From positions 599,268 through 663,104 of the forward strand of contig JARFOE010000234.1 in NCBI GenBank assembly GCA_031763465.1: 63,837 nucleotides of DNA. The letters run 5' to 3'. This document shows, piece by piece, positions 50,168 to 63,118 of this stretch. Position 1 is the first letter of the stretch. Each line of letters opens with the position of its first letter. The translations under genes and the position numbers were made by a program. The stretch is from Squatina squatina (Eukaryota). Under the pieces are notes generated by a model, which ran no database searches, was not told the origin of the DNA, and was given only the letters and a program-made list of their open reading frames with translations.

Positions 50168-53100
50168 NNNNNNNNNNNNNNNNNNNNNNNNNNNNNNNNN
50201 NNNNNNNNNNNNNNNNNNNNNNNNNNNNNNNNNNNNNNNNNNNNNNNNNNNNNNNNNNNNNNNNNNNCAAACATCGCTTATGTTCTCTGGTCCAATTGGC
50301 CTCGTAAATATGCTCTGGTTCAGTTGGCCCAATAAAAATATTCATGGCCCCTCTGGTCTAATAAAATGCTTATGAACCAGTTAGTTAAATAGATAAACTT
50401 GCAATTTTATAACCTCATTGGCACATTTTCTTAGGTGCCTTCTACAGAACAAAAACCTAATCTTCAAACTCTGCATTTCTGATTCCTCAAATAAGAACAG
50501 AAAATAACAGAACTGCTGGTCAGTCATCATCTGAAAGAGAAGGATAGTTTGGATTTTTGTGTGGGAGTTTGTCCTAATGCTAGGTCCCATTGGAATCATT
50601 AACCTATATGTGATAGGACAATGAGTTGGAACATAGGGCCCCACTCACAACATTAATTTAACTTTCTTATTGAGCCACATGCTTTATTTTGAGTGTCCAT
50701 TTGAATGAGTTCCCAATGATCCTAAAATTGCCAGTATCTTATTTGGAGAAAACAAATACAACTGCTGTCTCCGACGGATTTGGAAACTTTTTTTTCCATT
50801 TCTTTTGGTGTTTGATTTTCATCACTTAGTCAGAAGGTTTTGAGATTCTTGTTCTGGCTCTCCTATGCTTGTGTATGCTCTCAAAATTGGGACAATGGAT
50901 TTCCAATGGAAATCCCACTCTACTTATGCTTCTGGGCAAAATAGGAAGAGGTGTAACAGGAATCCCAGGCAAGTCAGACTGCACCTTCCTGTTTNNNNNN
51001 NNNNNNNNNNNNNNNNNNNNNNNNNNNNNNNNNNNNNNNNNNNNNNNNNNNNNNNNNNNNNNNNNNNNNNNNNNNNNNNNNNNNNNNNNNNNNNTCTCTT
51101 AGGGCACTAAAATGACGCCTATTGGCCCGATATAGCCACTGACTATAAAAATGCCAATTGGACTCCCAAGCAGTTTGCCAACTTTTTATTGAGAAACTAA
51201 AATTATGCTATGCACTAAAAAGTGTTGGATATAAGTTTATTCTAACAAGCAAAATTGGGGCTGCAGGATGACTTCATGTTGACTTGTCTTGATTTAAATA
51301 AGACTCTCGTAGGATGTGTTCAGTCTGTGGTCCCCAAGCAGAATGAAGCATATGACCAGTAACAAGTCACTGCCAGGCAACAAATAGTTGGTAAACTCAC
51401 TGCTCATCCAAACATCAGCTTTACTTATCTGAAACATGTTGAGTAATAGGTTGAGTAAAATAGAATTGATTTGGAGAATGTCATTACTCCCTGTCATTTA
51501 ATTTCTTCACACTCAGCAGGAAGACAAATAATTACAATTTGAAAGATCTTCTGCAATCAGAGGAGTAATATTCATTATTTGTATATCTGATTTCAATTAT
51601 GTATCATCGTGTAATGTGCATCTTAATTTATTACATGTTTGAACTTGTCTTATGTTNNNNNNNNNNGCCACTTATTTGAATTGATTTCAGATTGCTATCA
51701 TCAGCAATAGCTTTAGCAAGGAATAAAATCTCGTCTCAAGCTTTCTGAGGTGAATTGAGACACATAGAAATGCCAGAATTAACTTGGCAAGACATGAGTT
51801 AACAGTGCAGAAGCCACCTTGACACAAAATCCCAAGATTAATAAAAATCCTGTGGAGATTGCAGCCTGTATAGCTGCTACAAGATCAGAAAGGGAGAGGT
51901 CAAACCAGATTCATTGATTTAGTTTCCTTNNNNNNNNNNNNNNNNNNNNNNNNNNNNNNNNNNNNNNNNNNNNNNNNNNNNNNNNNNNNNNNNNNNNNNN
52001 NNNNNNNNNNNNNNNNNNNNNNNNNNNNNGAATTTATCAGACATCAAAGTCAACAATTAAAGAGACTAGTGATGTTTTAATGCAGTTCACATCATGCTGT
52101 TTGAGATGCTAAGCCTGGTTATGGTCCCCATTGGCTGCTAATGTTATACAAATTCCTCATCACTTGATATTGTAGGCATGGGATGCTTTCCTGACATTGA
52201 GCTGCCTCTGATATGAAATCTTTGCTGCATCAAGTCAGCTCAGCTGTCTTGCGGGAGATGTCTGAAAATCATCTCCTATAGCGCTGTCAGGTTACTCTCA
52301 GAGGTAGAACCCGACTAATCCTCATTATNNNNNNNNNNTGCCAGAATATCCTTCAGCAATTGTAATCCGGTTACTCCTATTATTCTTTTATCCTCTCTGT
52401 TTAAATGGAGTAGAAAGAGGTTGGAGATAGTCTTCTTGTCAACCAAAGGCAAATAGACACAAAAGGTTTATAATGATCGAATGCAACATTCAGCTGGGTG
52501 CCTTTAAGCTGCTTGCATATCAACACTCACCTGCTGTTCAGGGTCTCCCACAATGTCTGTTTGAGGAACCAATTTTCCTTTTGAGAAATCTGTGTAGACT
52601 GTGCTTGTTCACTTGTTCAAATCACAGCCACAACAGGGAGTTAGTTGGAATTTTCTACAATACAACATATCATGTAACAAAAAAACATTGCTGTATATTT
52701 AATACAAANNNNNNNNNNNNNNNNNNNNNNNNNNNNNNNNNNNNNNNNNNNNNNNNNNNNNNNNNNNNNNNNNNNNNNNNNNNNNNNNNNNNNNNNNNNN
52801 NNNNNNNNGTGTCATTTTGTGCTGTCGGAAGAGCCCAAAAGCTGTTAATAAGAAGTTGTGCACTGAGCTGTAGGCAGCATAGACATGGCTTGAATAGAAC
52901 CAGTTCAGGTTTAACATATTAAAAAAGGACTTGTAAACTGTATACTAAGATTGATGATTCAATGTTTATCTGCAAAATTAAGGGCAAAGCTTTTGAGATG
53001 GCCAAAGTTACAAAATTATCACTGGGTATTGATTGATGATGTTTTAACCTTCAAACAACATACTGAATATGTTGAGAAAGAAAGAAATGTCAGAGGTTAT

Positions 53101-54649
53101 ATCTGTTTGATTAGATAAGGTGCTACCTCCCTCTCAGCCAGGCAAAGATCTTCTTGAATGCACATGTGCCATCCATCTTCACACACTGCATATCTGTTTA
53201 AGGGACCTTCAGCAACAGACAACCTAAAGAACAACAGAGGTCCTGGTGCTACAGAATATAGATATAAATCACCATCACTTTGAGGTGTTTAAACAATGTC
53301 TTGTGGCATTATTTGATGATAGGGAAAAAGCCCAAGTCTGACATTGTTCTGAAAATTTTATCATAACAGGCCGAAACTATGAGGAAACAACATTGCAAAA
53401 TGCTGTGCTGCAGCAGATATAACATTTGTCCAGTGTCTTCACACCCGTCATGGCGCAATTATTTTTTTGAGCTTTCAGATGCTGTTACAGGAACTAAGAC
53501 TCCCCCACAGACCCGAAAAAAAAATCCATTGCACTGACAACGCCCCTTGAAAAGGCAGTCTTCTGAAACAGCCCACTTTGGTCCCAGGGGCGAACAGGAC
53601 TTTATTCTACCACCATACTCCTCAGTCGTGCCAGGAACTTCCCTTTTAAAAAAACGTACATAGATTGATCTTCCAATTTCTCAGGTTCTCAGAGTGGGAA
53701 CCGGTCTGATGTCTGGTAATGCAAGCTCGTTATTTCGCTAAATCATGTTCCCTTTTCTGACTCGTGGGAGAGAGCTACGTGATTGCGAAAGCTTGCCTAG
53801 ATTGGCTCCTATGTTGATCGGACAAGGTTTCATTTTTTTATCCACCTTTTCATCCAGAGAACACTTCTGTTTATCATGTAGGTCATGATTTTATACATGT
53901 AGGAACTGTAAGTAATCGAAACAAAACCTTCCCTTTTGGCAACTGATTCCATTTTAGTCAATTTGTGACCTAGATGGTGTTACAAACCTGAGGCAAATGA
54001 CGTACAATTGACCAACCNNNNNNNNNNNNNNNNNNNNNNNNNNNNNNNNNNNNNNNNNNNNNNNNNNNNNNNNNNNNNNNNNNNNNNNNNNNNNNNNNNN
54101 NNNNNNNNNNNNNNNNNTATAAAAGATGACTTAGTACTTCACACAAGCAGCTTGATGACTGCGAAATTGTAATTAGTATAGAATTTGCATAGGATTGAGC
54201 AGATTTGTATACTGCTACGTTTTAAATTGCAGAATGAATGATCCAAAATTCTCAACAAAGAACCAACAACAGATGGCTTCTCCTTGCTATTAAAACTGTA
54301 GTTAACACATGAATATAGGTCATTAGCAGATGCAAAAATCTAAGTTTACTTTGCCAAAATTCCTTTGCAATGTTGTTCTGCAGTAAGATTTTTTTTAAGG
54401 TTTCATATGGGTTCACCATTATAGCTTGGCTTCTATATTCTATATCTCAAGATAAAACCTAGAATTCTATCAGCTTATTTGGTCTTCTGCAAAAGAAAAC
54501 CATAAAATAGTCATGCAAGATTCATACTTTATATTATCCCTTTCGGTGCAACTGATCAGTCTGTTCTTTGGCAAATAATGGGAATGTCCTGAGGAGGTGA
54601 TATCAGCATAACACCTGAGTCACAGGTGAAAAGCTCCAGATGACATAAT

Positions 54650-56697
54650 GGGGGTGAAATTCGGTACCTCTATATCACCAGGTGAAGGCGTTGTGGAGGC
54701 ACAAAATATTCTTTAGGTGTTAACGGGCTGATTAACGCCACACGCAAAATTCGGCTCCCGTTTTGAGGAGGCTCCACAGCCTCAAGGAGAAAAGACCAGA
54801 TTGTATCTGATAGATTGCTGAACTCGATCAAGCGAGAATGCAGAAGATGAGACATGAGTCAATGCTGGAGATCATGGCAACCACTCCTCAATGCAATAAC
54901 CTCTTGCACCTGATTCAGATGGATCTTCAATCACTTGGCCATTTTCTGGATGGATACTAAAGCAAGGATACTTGCTCAGCATTCCTCACATTTACTCTGT
55001 GCCATTGAACCACCCAGAATGACTAGACGTTTGAAGAAGGTGAAGGGTGAGCTAAGGAAACACAAGGGTCAAGACCTTTATTGAAGTAGTAGTCACAGTT
55101 ATGAAGTGTCCGAAATGTAAGTTCTCACCACGTCAATATTCTCACCACCTTTCATTCTAGGGTCTGGTGGACATTTTTGCGAAGTGGTTGTGTGTGGACA
55201 TGGAATTGAGTGAGGGGAATGGATTGAGGGGCCTACAACTCATCTATTGCCTGCAAACATTGATGGAGATGGCTGTGTTGAAGTGGGAAGCTGCTGAAAT
55301 TGAGCCTCGATGAGGTTCTGCCTGGCCTTCTTTGCAGGATCCCTTCTTGCTGGACGTCTCCCTACCCTCTCTCCGGCCACTCATTGCTGCTGCTCCGCAG
55401 GCTCCTCCTGGTCACGATCCTCCTCATTTTCATCTTCTTCATCAGATGTCTCATCATAGAACTCCTGATGCTCCATACCCTGATGATGAGGTACATGTGG
55501 AGGCCCCTCTGGATGTGGATGGTTTACAGGTCCTGCCTCCACGTCGAGTGGTTGTGCCCTCTGGATGGCCAGGAGACACGCTCAAGCGAGCACTCCAGTG
55601 CTCCCCCTGACTTATCAAGACAGTGGAATCTCTGCTTGAAGACACCAATGATTTGCTCAATGATGGTTCTTGTAGAAGAATGGCTGTCGTTTTCGGCACA
55701 CTCAGCTGCAGTGCTGGGGTTGTGAAGGGAAGACATGAACCATGTTAGCATGGGGTACCCTTTGTCTCCCAGCAGCCATCTATGCAGGGGATTGCGACAC
55801 TCAAAATGTTGTGGGATCCTGCTTTGCCGCATTATGAATGCATCTTGACAACTCCCTGGAGTGCGGGCATCGACAGCCATGATCATCCACTTGTGATCAA
55901 ACACCAGCTGAACGTTCATGAAGAGGAAGCCCTTGTGGTTACGGAAGCATTCTGGCTGATCATGTGGGGCCCTTATGGCTATGTGAGTGCGATTGATGAC
56001 ACCATGTACCATCGGGAAGCCAGCCATTCGGAGGAATCCAGTGAGGCGCTCCATGACCTTCTCTCTTGGCATGGGGAAAGTGATGTATCTGTTTCTTTTC
56101 CTGAAGAAAGTATGAGTGAAATCTCGGATGGCGCAGTGAACTGCAAATTGTGAGTTGTCGCTCATATCTCCAGTCATTCCCTGAAAGGAGCCATTGGCAN
56201 NNNNNNNNNNNNNNNNNNNNNNNNNNNNNNNNNNNNNNNNNNNNNNNNNNNNNNNNNNNNNNNNNNNNNNNNNNNNNNNNNNNNNNNNNNNNNNNNNNNC
56301 CTGTAGAACCCAAACAACGGGAGCTACTGAGCCCAAATTCACGTCCAAGGTTTACAATTTTGCCAAAAGTGACTCATTCTAAACAGGGCCCTCAAAATCC
56401 TCGGCCACTCTCCAGTGCAGCACAGCATGCGCCGGCACAGCTGCCCCTGACCTTGACGGATTACCCAGGGTCAACCTATTTGCATGCCATTAGTGGGCAC
56501 TTGTGCCAATGTGGATGTAACTCATATGAGTGCTAGAGCGGGTTGTGGGAAATGCAATGCCAGTTAGCTGCTTGGTGTGGGGGGTGGTGGGGGGAGGCGG
56601 GGGAGGTAGGTGGTAACCCCACTTTCTCAAAAGTGAAGAAAAAACAAATGATCAGCACCCTTTATAGAAGGACCAATCAGGGAAAAAATTTGCCACC
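54650..56697. mobile_element. Harbinger element containing the transposase remnant
   Basis: Left AAT|GGGGGTGAAATT at 54650 and right AATTTGCCACC|ATT ending 56697 form an imperfect TIR pair. A minus-strand AATAAA lies at 55077-55082, downstream of the transposase. Boundaries are approximate. Confidence 0.6.
55290..56199 (-). pseudogene. PIF/Harbinger DDE transposase remnant (HARBI1-like)
   Basis: GSFQ...AGFPMVHGVINRTHIAI...FRNHKGF..MNVQLV...PGSCQDAFI...WLLGDKGYP...HSSTRTIIEQIIGVFKQRFHCLDKSGGAL. The first catalytic Asp (GAIDGTH) reads Asn, the CCxLHN segment is deleted with a frameshift, and an acidic tail follows (DETSDEEDENEED). The 5' part is lost in the gap. Confidence 0.92.
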
Positions 56698-57666
56698 ATT
56701 TCCAGGATCATCCAGGCCAGTACCCTAGCATAGAGACCACAGTAGGCCCCTTTATTTTTCTCATAACCTGGCATGAAAGCTGGGTTCATTTTGCGATCCA
56801 GGTCACTGGAAGGGAAGGAGAACAGGACCAGGGTAATTCCCACAGTAGGAAATCCTCCTGTTAATCCCTCCCCCTCTGATGTGACAGGCTGGACAAAGGT
56901 TCACCCATTCTACGGCCTCTTAGAGATTGGATGACTGAGTTGAGACCTGGCATATCTGGGTCACCATTGGCTCAGCCATTGCTCCACTCCTGCCAACCGA
57001 TGCTGGGAGTGTGTGCTCTGAACCTCAGAGAGAATTGGAACCACACTTTCTAAAACATTTTTCCTACAAGCAGTTGAAGGAAGCTTGCTCTGATAGGCAG
57101 AGGTAAGTTACAGTGCTAGAGATCCCAACAGAGAACTGTTGTGGCACAGTGATAACTTATGATAGGCTCCAGGAGAAGCTAAATGAGAAGCATTAGCAAA
57201 AGTCCATGTGGAAAGCAGCAGTGGGGAATTAATTAGAATCAAATCAAACATGAGGCTGTGGCACTGAATGTGAATTTCTGGGAAAGCAGCAACATTGTGT
57301 ATTTTTAATTAATTTATGTGGGAATTAATTTATTAGCACAGTGTAAAGGGTAAACTGATGGTTGGATTGACAGGTTACGTTTGAAAGGTAACTTATTACG
57401 GGAGGTCAAACCAATTGATTTATTAGCCTTGTATTGGGGCAAGTAATCAATTGGGAATCCTATAAAGGCTTTGGGTTAGAATACTTATTTATTGACATGC
57501 TACAAGTCCAAAACAGTACCAAGAAGGGACTTGGCATATATCAGCCCATTTAACCTGTTGAATCTGNNNNNNNNNNNNNNNNNNNNNNNNNNNNNNNNNN
57601 NNNNNNNNNNNNNNNNNNNNNNNNNNNNNNNNNNNNNNNNNNNNNNNNNNNNNNNNNNNNNNNNNN

Positions 57667-58027
57667 AGGAGGGCAGAGGAAACGCTACAAGGACAGCCTC
57701 AAGGCCTCATTGAAGAAATGCCACATCCCCACTGACGCATGGGAATCCGTGGCCTAGGATCGCCCGCAATGGAGGAGAGCCATCCATGAAGGCACCAACC
57801 ATTTTGAGTCGCTCCGGCGGAAGCACACTGAGGACAAACGTCAGCAGAGGAAGTAGCGCGGAGCAACACGCTCACCCCTGCCACCCGTCTCTTCAAGTAT
57901 CACCTGCCCCACCTGCGGCCGTGTGTGCGGTTCCCGCATTGGTCTATTTATTCACCTCAGACCCCACAACTACAGAGTGGAAGCAAGTCATCCTCGAACC
58001 CTAGGGACTGCCGAAAAGAGAGAGAGA
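57667..58027 (+). mobile_element. RTE-clade LINE 3' end
   Basis: GGQRKRYKDSLKASLKKCHIPTDAWESVA*DRPQWRRAIHEG...CPTCGRVCGSRIGLFIHLRPH (C2H2 finger), short 3' UTR and an (AG)n tail. Confidence 0.9.
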
Positions 58028-58570
58028 GTTAAGTTTCACAAGTCTTAAATTAAGTATCATTGTATCCAATTGAAATTGAGTCAAATTCCCTACATTGGAG
58101 GGTGCAAACTGAGGAGACTGTCTTTTCTTAACATGCCTGTCAGTAATATAGGAATTGTTGCCTATTATCCAACATGCGCAACGTGCACCTTCTGTAACAC
58201 TCATAGTTAATTGTTTTAAAGAGCTACATGATTACTTACCATTTTGTTAAAAAAACAAATTTATCAACACCCATTTTACAGATTCCAGTTAACTGAATGC
58301 CTGTTAATTTTCAATTGCATTAATAAACACTTTCTAGAAACCAATTAAAATTCTGTGGTGCAGCCTAGTGCCTTCATGTGTATCAACTACATTAGATTAT
58401 TCTACTAATAAGGGCTTACAGTCAAAGTAATAGGCTCCATAAGTCTGTAGTTACTGAATAAAAATAATGGGCTCATTTTTATTTGTCTTTTCATTAGCCC
58501 ATTCCAAATTATTTTTAACCTGCATGAAGTATTTTTGCAAAATCAGTGATTTATTTCTATCCGTCTTTTA

Positions 58571-58732
58571 GGGTGTCAGCCATTGCTCAGTGGGTAACAC
58601 CATCGCTTCTGAGTCACAAAGTCGTGAGTTCAACTCCCACTCCAGGGATCTGAGCACAAAAATCCAGGCTGACACTCCCAGTGCAGCACTGCACTGTCAG
58701 AGGTGTCGTCTTTCGGGTGAGGCGTTAAACCG
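58571..58732 (+). mobile_element. Second copy of the same tRNA-Deu SINE
   Basis: Colinear with 41856-42020 (GTCAGC..TGCTCAGTG...GAGTCA...GTTCAA.TCCCACTCCAGG...GGCTGACAC). Confidence 0.85.
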
Positions 58733-61700
58733 NNNNNNNNNNNNNNNNNNNNNNNNNNNNNNNNNNNNNNNNNNNNNNNNNNNNNNNNNNNNNNNNNNNN
58801 NNNNNNNNNNNNNNNNNNNNNNNNNNNNNNNNTACCGAGCCTGACCCTTCAAAGCGCAGGAGGTATATAATGGCAAGCAATGGGAGAAAACAGACGGAGA
58901 CTGGGTGAAATATTAGATGTATAAATAAGCATTTGATACTTGTTATAAAAATGATTCATGTGAAATATCAACATATGATGCACTATTTCACTCAGACAGG
59001 GGTTCATGAATAAAAGATAAATGAGTTTGAATGATATACAGTTTAGGAGAAAAGTTCATAATCTGACTGCTATTATGTTAAAATAATATACATCAAAGAA
59101 CACTGCGAGCTTTCAACAGCTAAGCAGAAAGTCCATATTTCCTTTGAAGCATAGTTTTATTTTGTGCTCTCCTGGGAGACATTTTATCAAAGGCAAAGAC
59201 ACAGCGATAGAACAGCTGGTGTTATGCAACTGAAAGCCAGACAGTGTTTGCAAATTTGTTGTAAAATTGGGTTTAATGCACAGTGCCTGCACAAAATACA
59301 AAAAGCACACTCTATAGTAAAGAGCAGAATTGTAACTCCAGCAGATGAACCTAAAACAAAAGTTATGTTAGTTGTTAAAGGAGACTTGAACAGTTGAGTT
59401 TCCAGAGGTTAGCTGGATAGTCCAGTTTCTGGGTGGGTCAAGCNNNNNNNNNNNNNNNNNNNNNNNNNNNNNNNNNNNNNNNNNNNNNNNNNNNNNNNNN
59501 NNNNNNNNNNNNNNNNNNNNNNNNNNNNNNNNNNNNNNNNNNNCTGCTGCCATTATCTTTTCATATCAATACAACAATTACATGGTGACACTGCTGTCCC
59601 AACCTCCAAACATAATAGAAATCTTTCACAAAATGTCTTTTTTACCCCCCCAAAACAAACAAAAAAAAACAGCTGTTTTTAAAAAGGAAATTTTGTTTCT
59701 GGATAAATCAAAGGAAACAAAATTGCGAATTATAAAACAAGTCTGAGATCTGCATGTATTCGTTTAGACTTTGCGCCATGCTATACTTTGTCACGGTTCA
59801 GTTGGAACAGTATTGAGTACCTCCCTATTGCTCATCCTTTGTGTACCAGTTCTACAAAAGTGTGTTCCTGAAGAGGCAAGTGCAAGGTAAATCATTCAAG
59901 CTGTAACTCCCCATTGCTTTACTCGGAGGACATTGACAATCACGGTGTGTGAGTTGAGAGGAAATGTAGTGTTCAATTTATCGGGCCAAAAACTGTGAAA
60001 AACAACATAAAATATGATAATGTGAGCAGACAAAATCAATTGAGCAGAGGTGACCAGTGAATCAGTTATTGCAGATTAGACTGTGGTGGTGAGGATATTT
60101 CATGAAGAATCTATCTGCTTTTAGACCTAATGGTAGAGTGTTTATCTGAGTGGAGAGAGCTCACGGAAATCAGTTTGTCATTTGCTGCAGTTAAGTGACA
60201 GATGGAAGGAGATTGTGTTCTGGAAGATGTGGTGGGGCTTCACTGATACCTGTGCAAAAAACCTCGAGGGGGAAATGCACACGGGTAGCATAGTATGATA
60301 GAAGCTTAGTTTCTTAACTACATCAAGAAATCATCAGCAAGGAGAGAACAGTGCAACACTACAGCACTTTGCCAATGTAATATAGTATTACATTGTATTT
60401 TCTCTGTGTAATACAGAACTACCACAGCAGTGGTAGATTGATGNNNNNNNNNNNNNNNNNNNNNNNNNNNNNNNNNNNNNNNNNNNNNNNNNNNNNNNNN
60501 NNNNNNNNNNNNNNNNNNNNNNNNNNNNNNNNNNNNNNNNNNNCTCAGCCCATCAAAATGTGATGAAATGTCCATTGCATCACAGTATGCGTCAATGTGC
60601 AGCTTTGTGAAAAAGTTAGATTGTGGCACTGAGTGGAAGCTCAGAAGAGGGGAGAAGATCAAAGAGTGCTGACTATTTCCTCTTGCAGAATAAGGCTTAA
60701 ATTCAGTGAAAAATAAGAAGATTGCATTATGTAAAAGCCCTGTGGGTACAATAGCGTTATTTGTAATCATTGTTGTTTACATGTGGTATTCTCAGACAAG
60801 GACTGCTTGTTACGATTCACATGATGAGCACTGGAAGAGAAAACTTCACCTCCTATGACTGTCAACTCTAGACTCAGAAAAACCTCGGGGGTATTTTCTG
60901 TGCACCAAGCTCCAATATTTAAATTAAAAATCTTTTCGTAAAAATTATGAGACTAAGTACAATAAATAAGTAGCAAATTTATTTAAATTGTACATTAATG
61001 TTGTCTCATGATATTAATTTCTGTTATGGTGGTTACATAAGTTTAATCAAAATTCAATGTTCTTTTTCCCCAATTTTCTAGATTGATTAATTCCTGAGCT
61101 ATGCTCCCTCGTAATCTCAATCAATATACCATGTAAAATAATGAAGGTCTTTTGAATTAGCCCTCAGAAGAGAAGAGTAAATTTACTTGCAACAAAGATA
61201 CACAATGCTGAATAAAACAATTTGCCTTAGCAAACAGCTTCTAAAAAGGGAAGCTGGCCAAATTGACCTAGTTTTGTGCAATTCATCATCGGAACGGAAC
61301 AATAGCTGGGAGAAGGCGCTTTTCGGTTCAAGTCACTGTCACTAACCATTCTGGTTTTCTGAAACATTTGTTGAAGCACTTTCCTNNNNNNNNNNNNNNN
61401 NNNNNNNNNNNNNNNNNNNNNNNNNNNNNNNNNNNNNNNNNNNNNNNNNNNNNNNNNNNNNNNNNNNNNNNNNNNNNNNNNNNNNCTTCATACTAAAAAT
61501 AGCAAGTGGGGTTAGATATCTCTTCACCTACAGGCTTTGACTTAATCTTGTTTGAGAATTGTGTCTCCATTTAACTTCCCACCAACAGTCTCTGGTCAAC
61601 CTTGTTGGTTGGGTGAGATGGTTGTAGTTTCTCTCCCAAAGCTTCCAACTTTTTTTTGTTTTTTGATATGTTGCCTTTTCCCTTGCCCATCACGGCATTC

Positions 61701-62037
61701 CACAATTTTCCTAGGCCCCGCCATCAGTTAATCTGTTGAAGGTTTTGTTGAATTTGACGATATTTTTTTCTATGTTATTGTTGCAGTGGTTACATTTTAT
61801 GCTTTAACACACTATTGAAATTCATCTTAAATTCTATCTATTTTCTGACTAACAAGTTACATACAATTGCCTGGATGAGGGCTCCAGCCAGAACACAAAG
61901 CTGCAAAATAAGGTAACATGCTTCCAGCTTGGGTCATCACAAAGAGGTACAAGTGCACATCGTAGTGCCTTGAAATGTTACTGCATCAGATAAAACCTTG
62001 GCTGAATTGTCTTTGCATTAATATTTCTATAGAGCGT

Positions 62038-62204
62038 CAATGTTCCCCATAAGCTGCACTTTGCTCTGTGCGGCCTATTTCTTTTAGTGCACAGTCCCTT
62101 TAAATTTCCACACATGCACAGTATTTACATTGGGGAAGCCGGTAAGCGGCCTATGCAGGACCTTTCCCATTGCTGTGCAGCCGTGCAATTTAGAGGGAAC
62201 ACTC
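62038..62204. mobile_element. Complete 167-bp hAT-type MITE
   Basis: TIRs CAATGTTCCCCATAA and TTAGAGGGAACACTC, flanked by 8-bp direct repeats TAGAGCGT (62030-62037) and TAGAGCAC (62205-62212), 6/8 match. An 8-bp TSD is the hAT hallmark. Confidence 0.75.
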
Positions 62205-62752
62205 TAGAGCACTATTCTTTGTGTGAATCTCATTGCAGAGATTGGAGTATGACTTCGCTGCATTACATGCGTACAGTTTTACAGTTCAGCTCAACACTAA
62301 CTAATCTCTGCATGAACAGCAATGCCCTTTAAAACAGCATTGTAATGATATTATATCTTGGCACCATCATTTCCCTCAGGACTCCATAAAATATAATTAA
62401 AATAACATTTTAAAATGTGACAATGGATTGTTAAGCATCAGTAAATCTAATTTTGGAAAGACCAGCCTACTCTGCCCAACAAGGGAGACAATAGAGTTTC
62501 AAATATTAAGAACGTGTTGATTGATCCATTTAAATTCGGTTCAGGTTGTCACTTGTATAAATGTAAGTATCTTGGCAGGCTACATGTTTAATTATTGGAA
62601 ACTGTTTTAAATTGCACACTCAACTGGCTCAAGGAGCCTTTGGAGGTGAAGTNNNNNNNNNNNNNNNNNNNNNNNNNNNNNNNNNNNNNNNNNNNNNNNN
62701 NNNNNNNNNNNNNNNNNNNNNNNNNNNNNNNNNNNNNNNNNNNNNNNNNNNN

Positions 62753-63118
62753 AAAGAAGGTTAAGAGGAGATTTGAAAGAGGTGTTCAAAATCTTGAAGG
62801 GTTTTGGCAGAGTAAATAAGGAAAAATTGTTTTCAATGGTGAAGGGTCATTAACCAGAGGACGCAGATTTAACGTAATTGGCAAAAAAAACAGAACCGAC
62901 ATAAGGCAAAAAAATGTATGCAGCAAGTCATTATGATCTGGAATGCACTGCCTGATTGGGTAGTAGACGCAGATTAAATTGTAACTTTCAAAAGATAAAT
63001 ACTTGAAAAGGGAAGAACAGGAGAGTGGGACTAATTGGATAGCTCTTTCAAAGAGTCGGCACAGGCACAATGGGTCAAATGGTCTCCTTCTGTGCTGTAT
63101 CATCCTATGATGCTATGA
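62753..63118 (+). mobile_element. CR1 LINE 3' end with tail
   Basis: RRLRGDLKEVFKILKGF.RVNKEKLF...TRGRRF...IWNALP, then a 3' UTR and degenerate CTATGA(TG) terminal repeats. Confidence 0.9.

Noticed and set aside
55524-56348. Host HARBI1 gene
   Set aside because: Mutated catalytic residue, internal deletion with frameshift and flanking TIR-like ends indicate a transposon copy. The listed N-terminus is joined across a gap.
62511-62562. 52-nt AG...GTAAGT interval of the expected exon 2 size
   Set aside because: Encodes NVLIDPFKFGSGCHLYK, unlike TECR/TECRL, and lacks a polypyrimidine tract.
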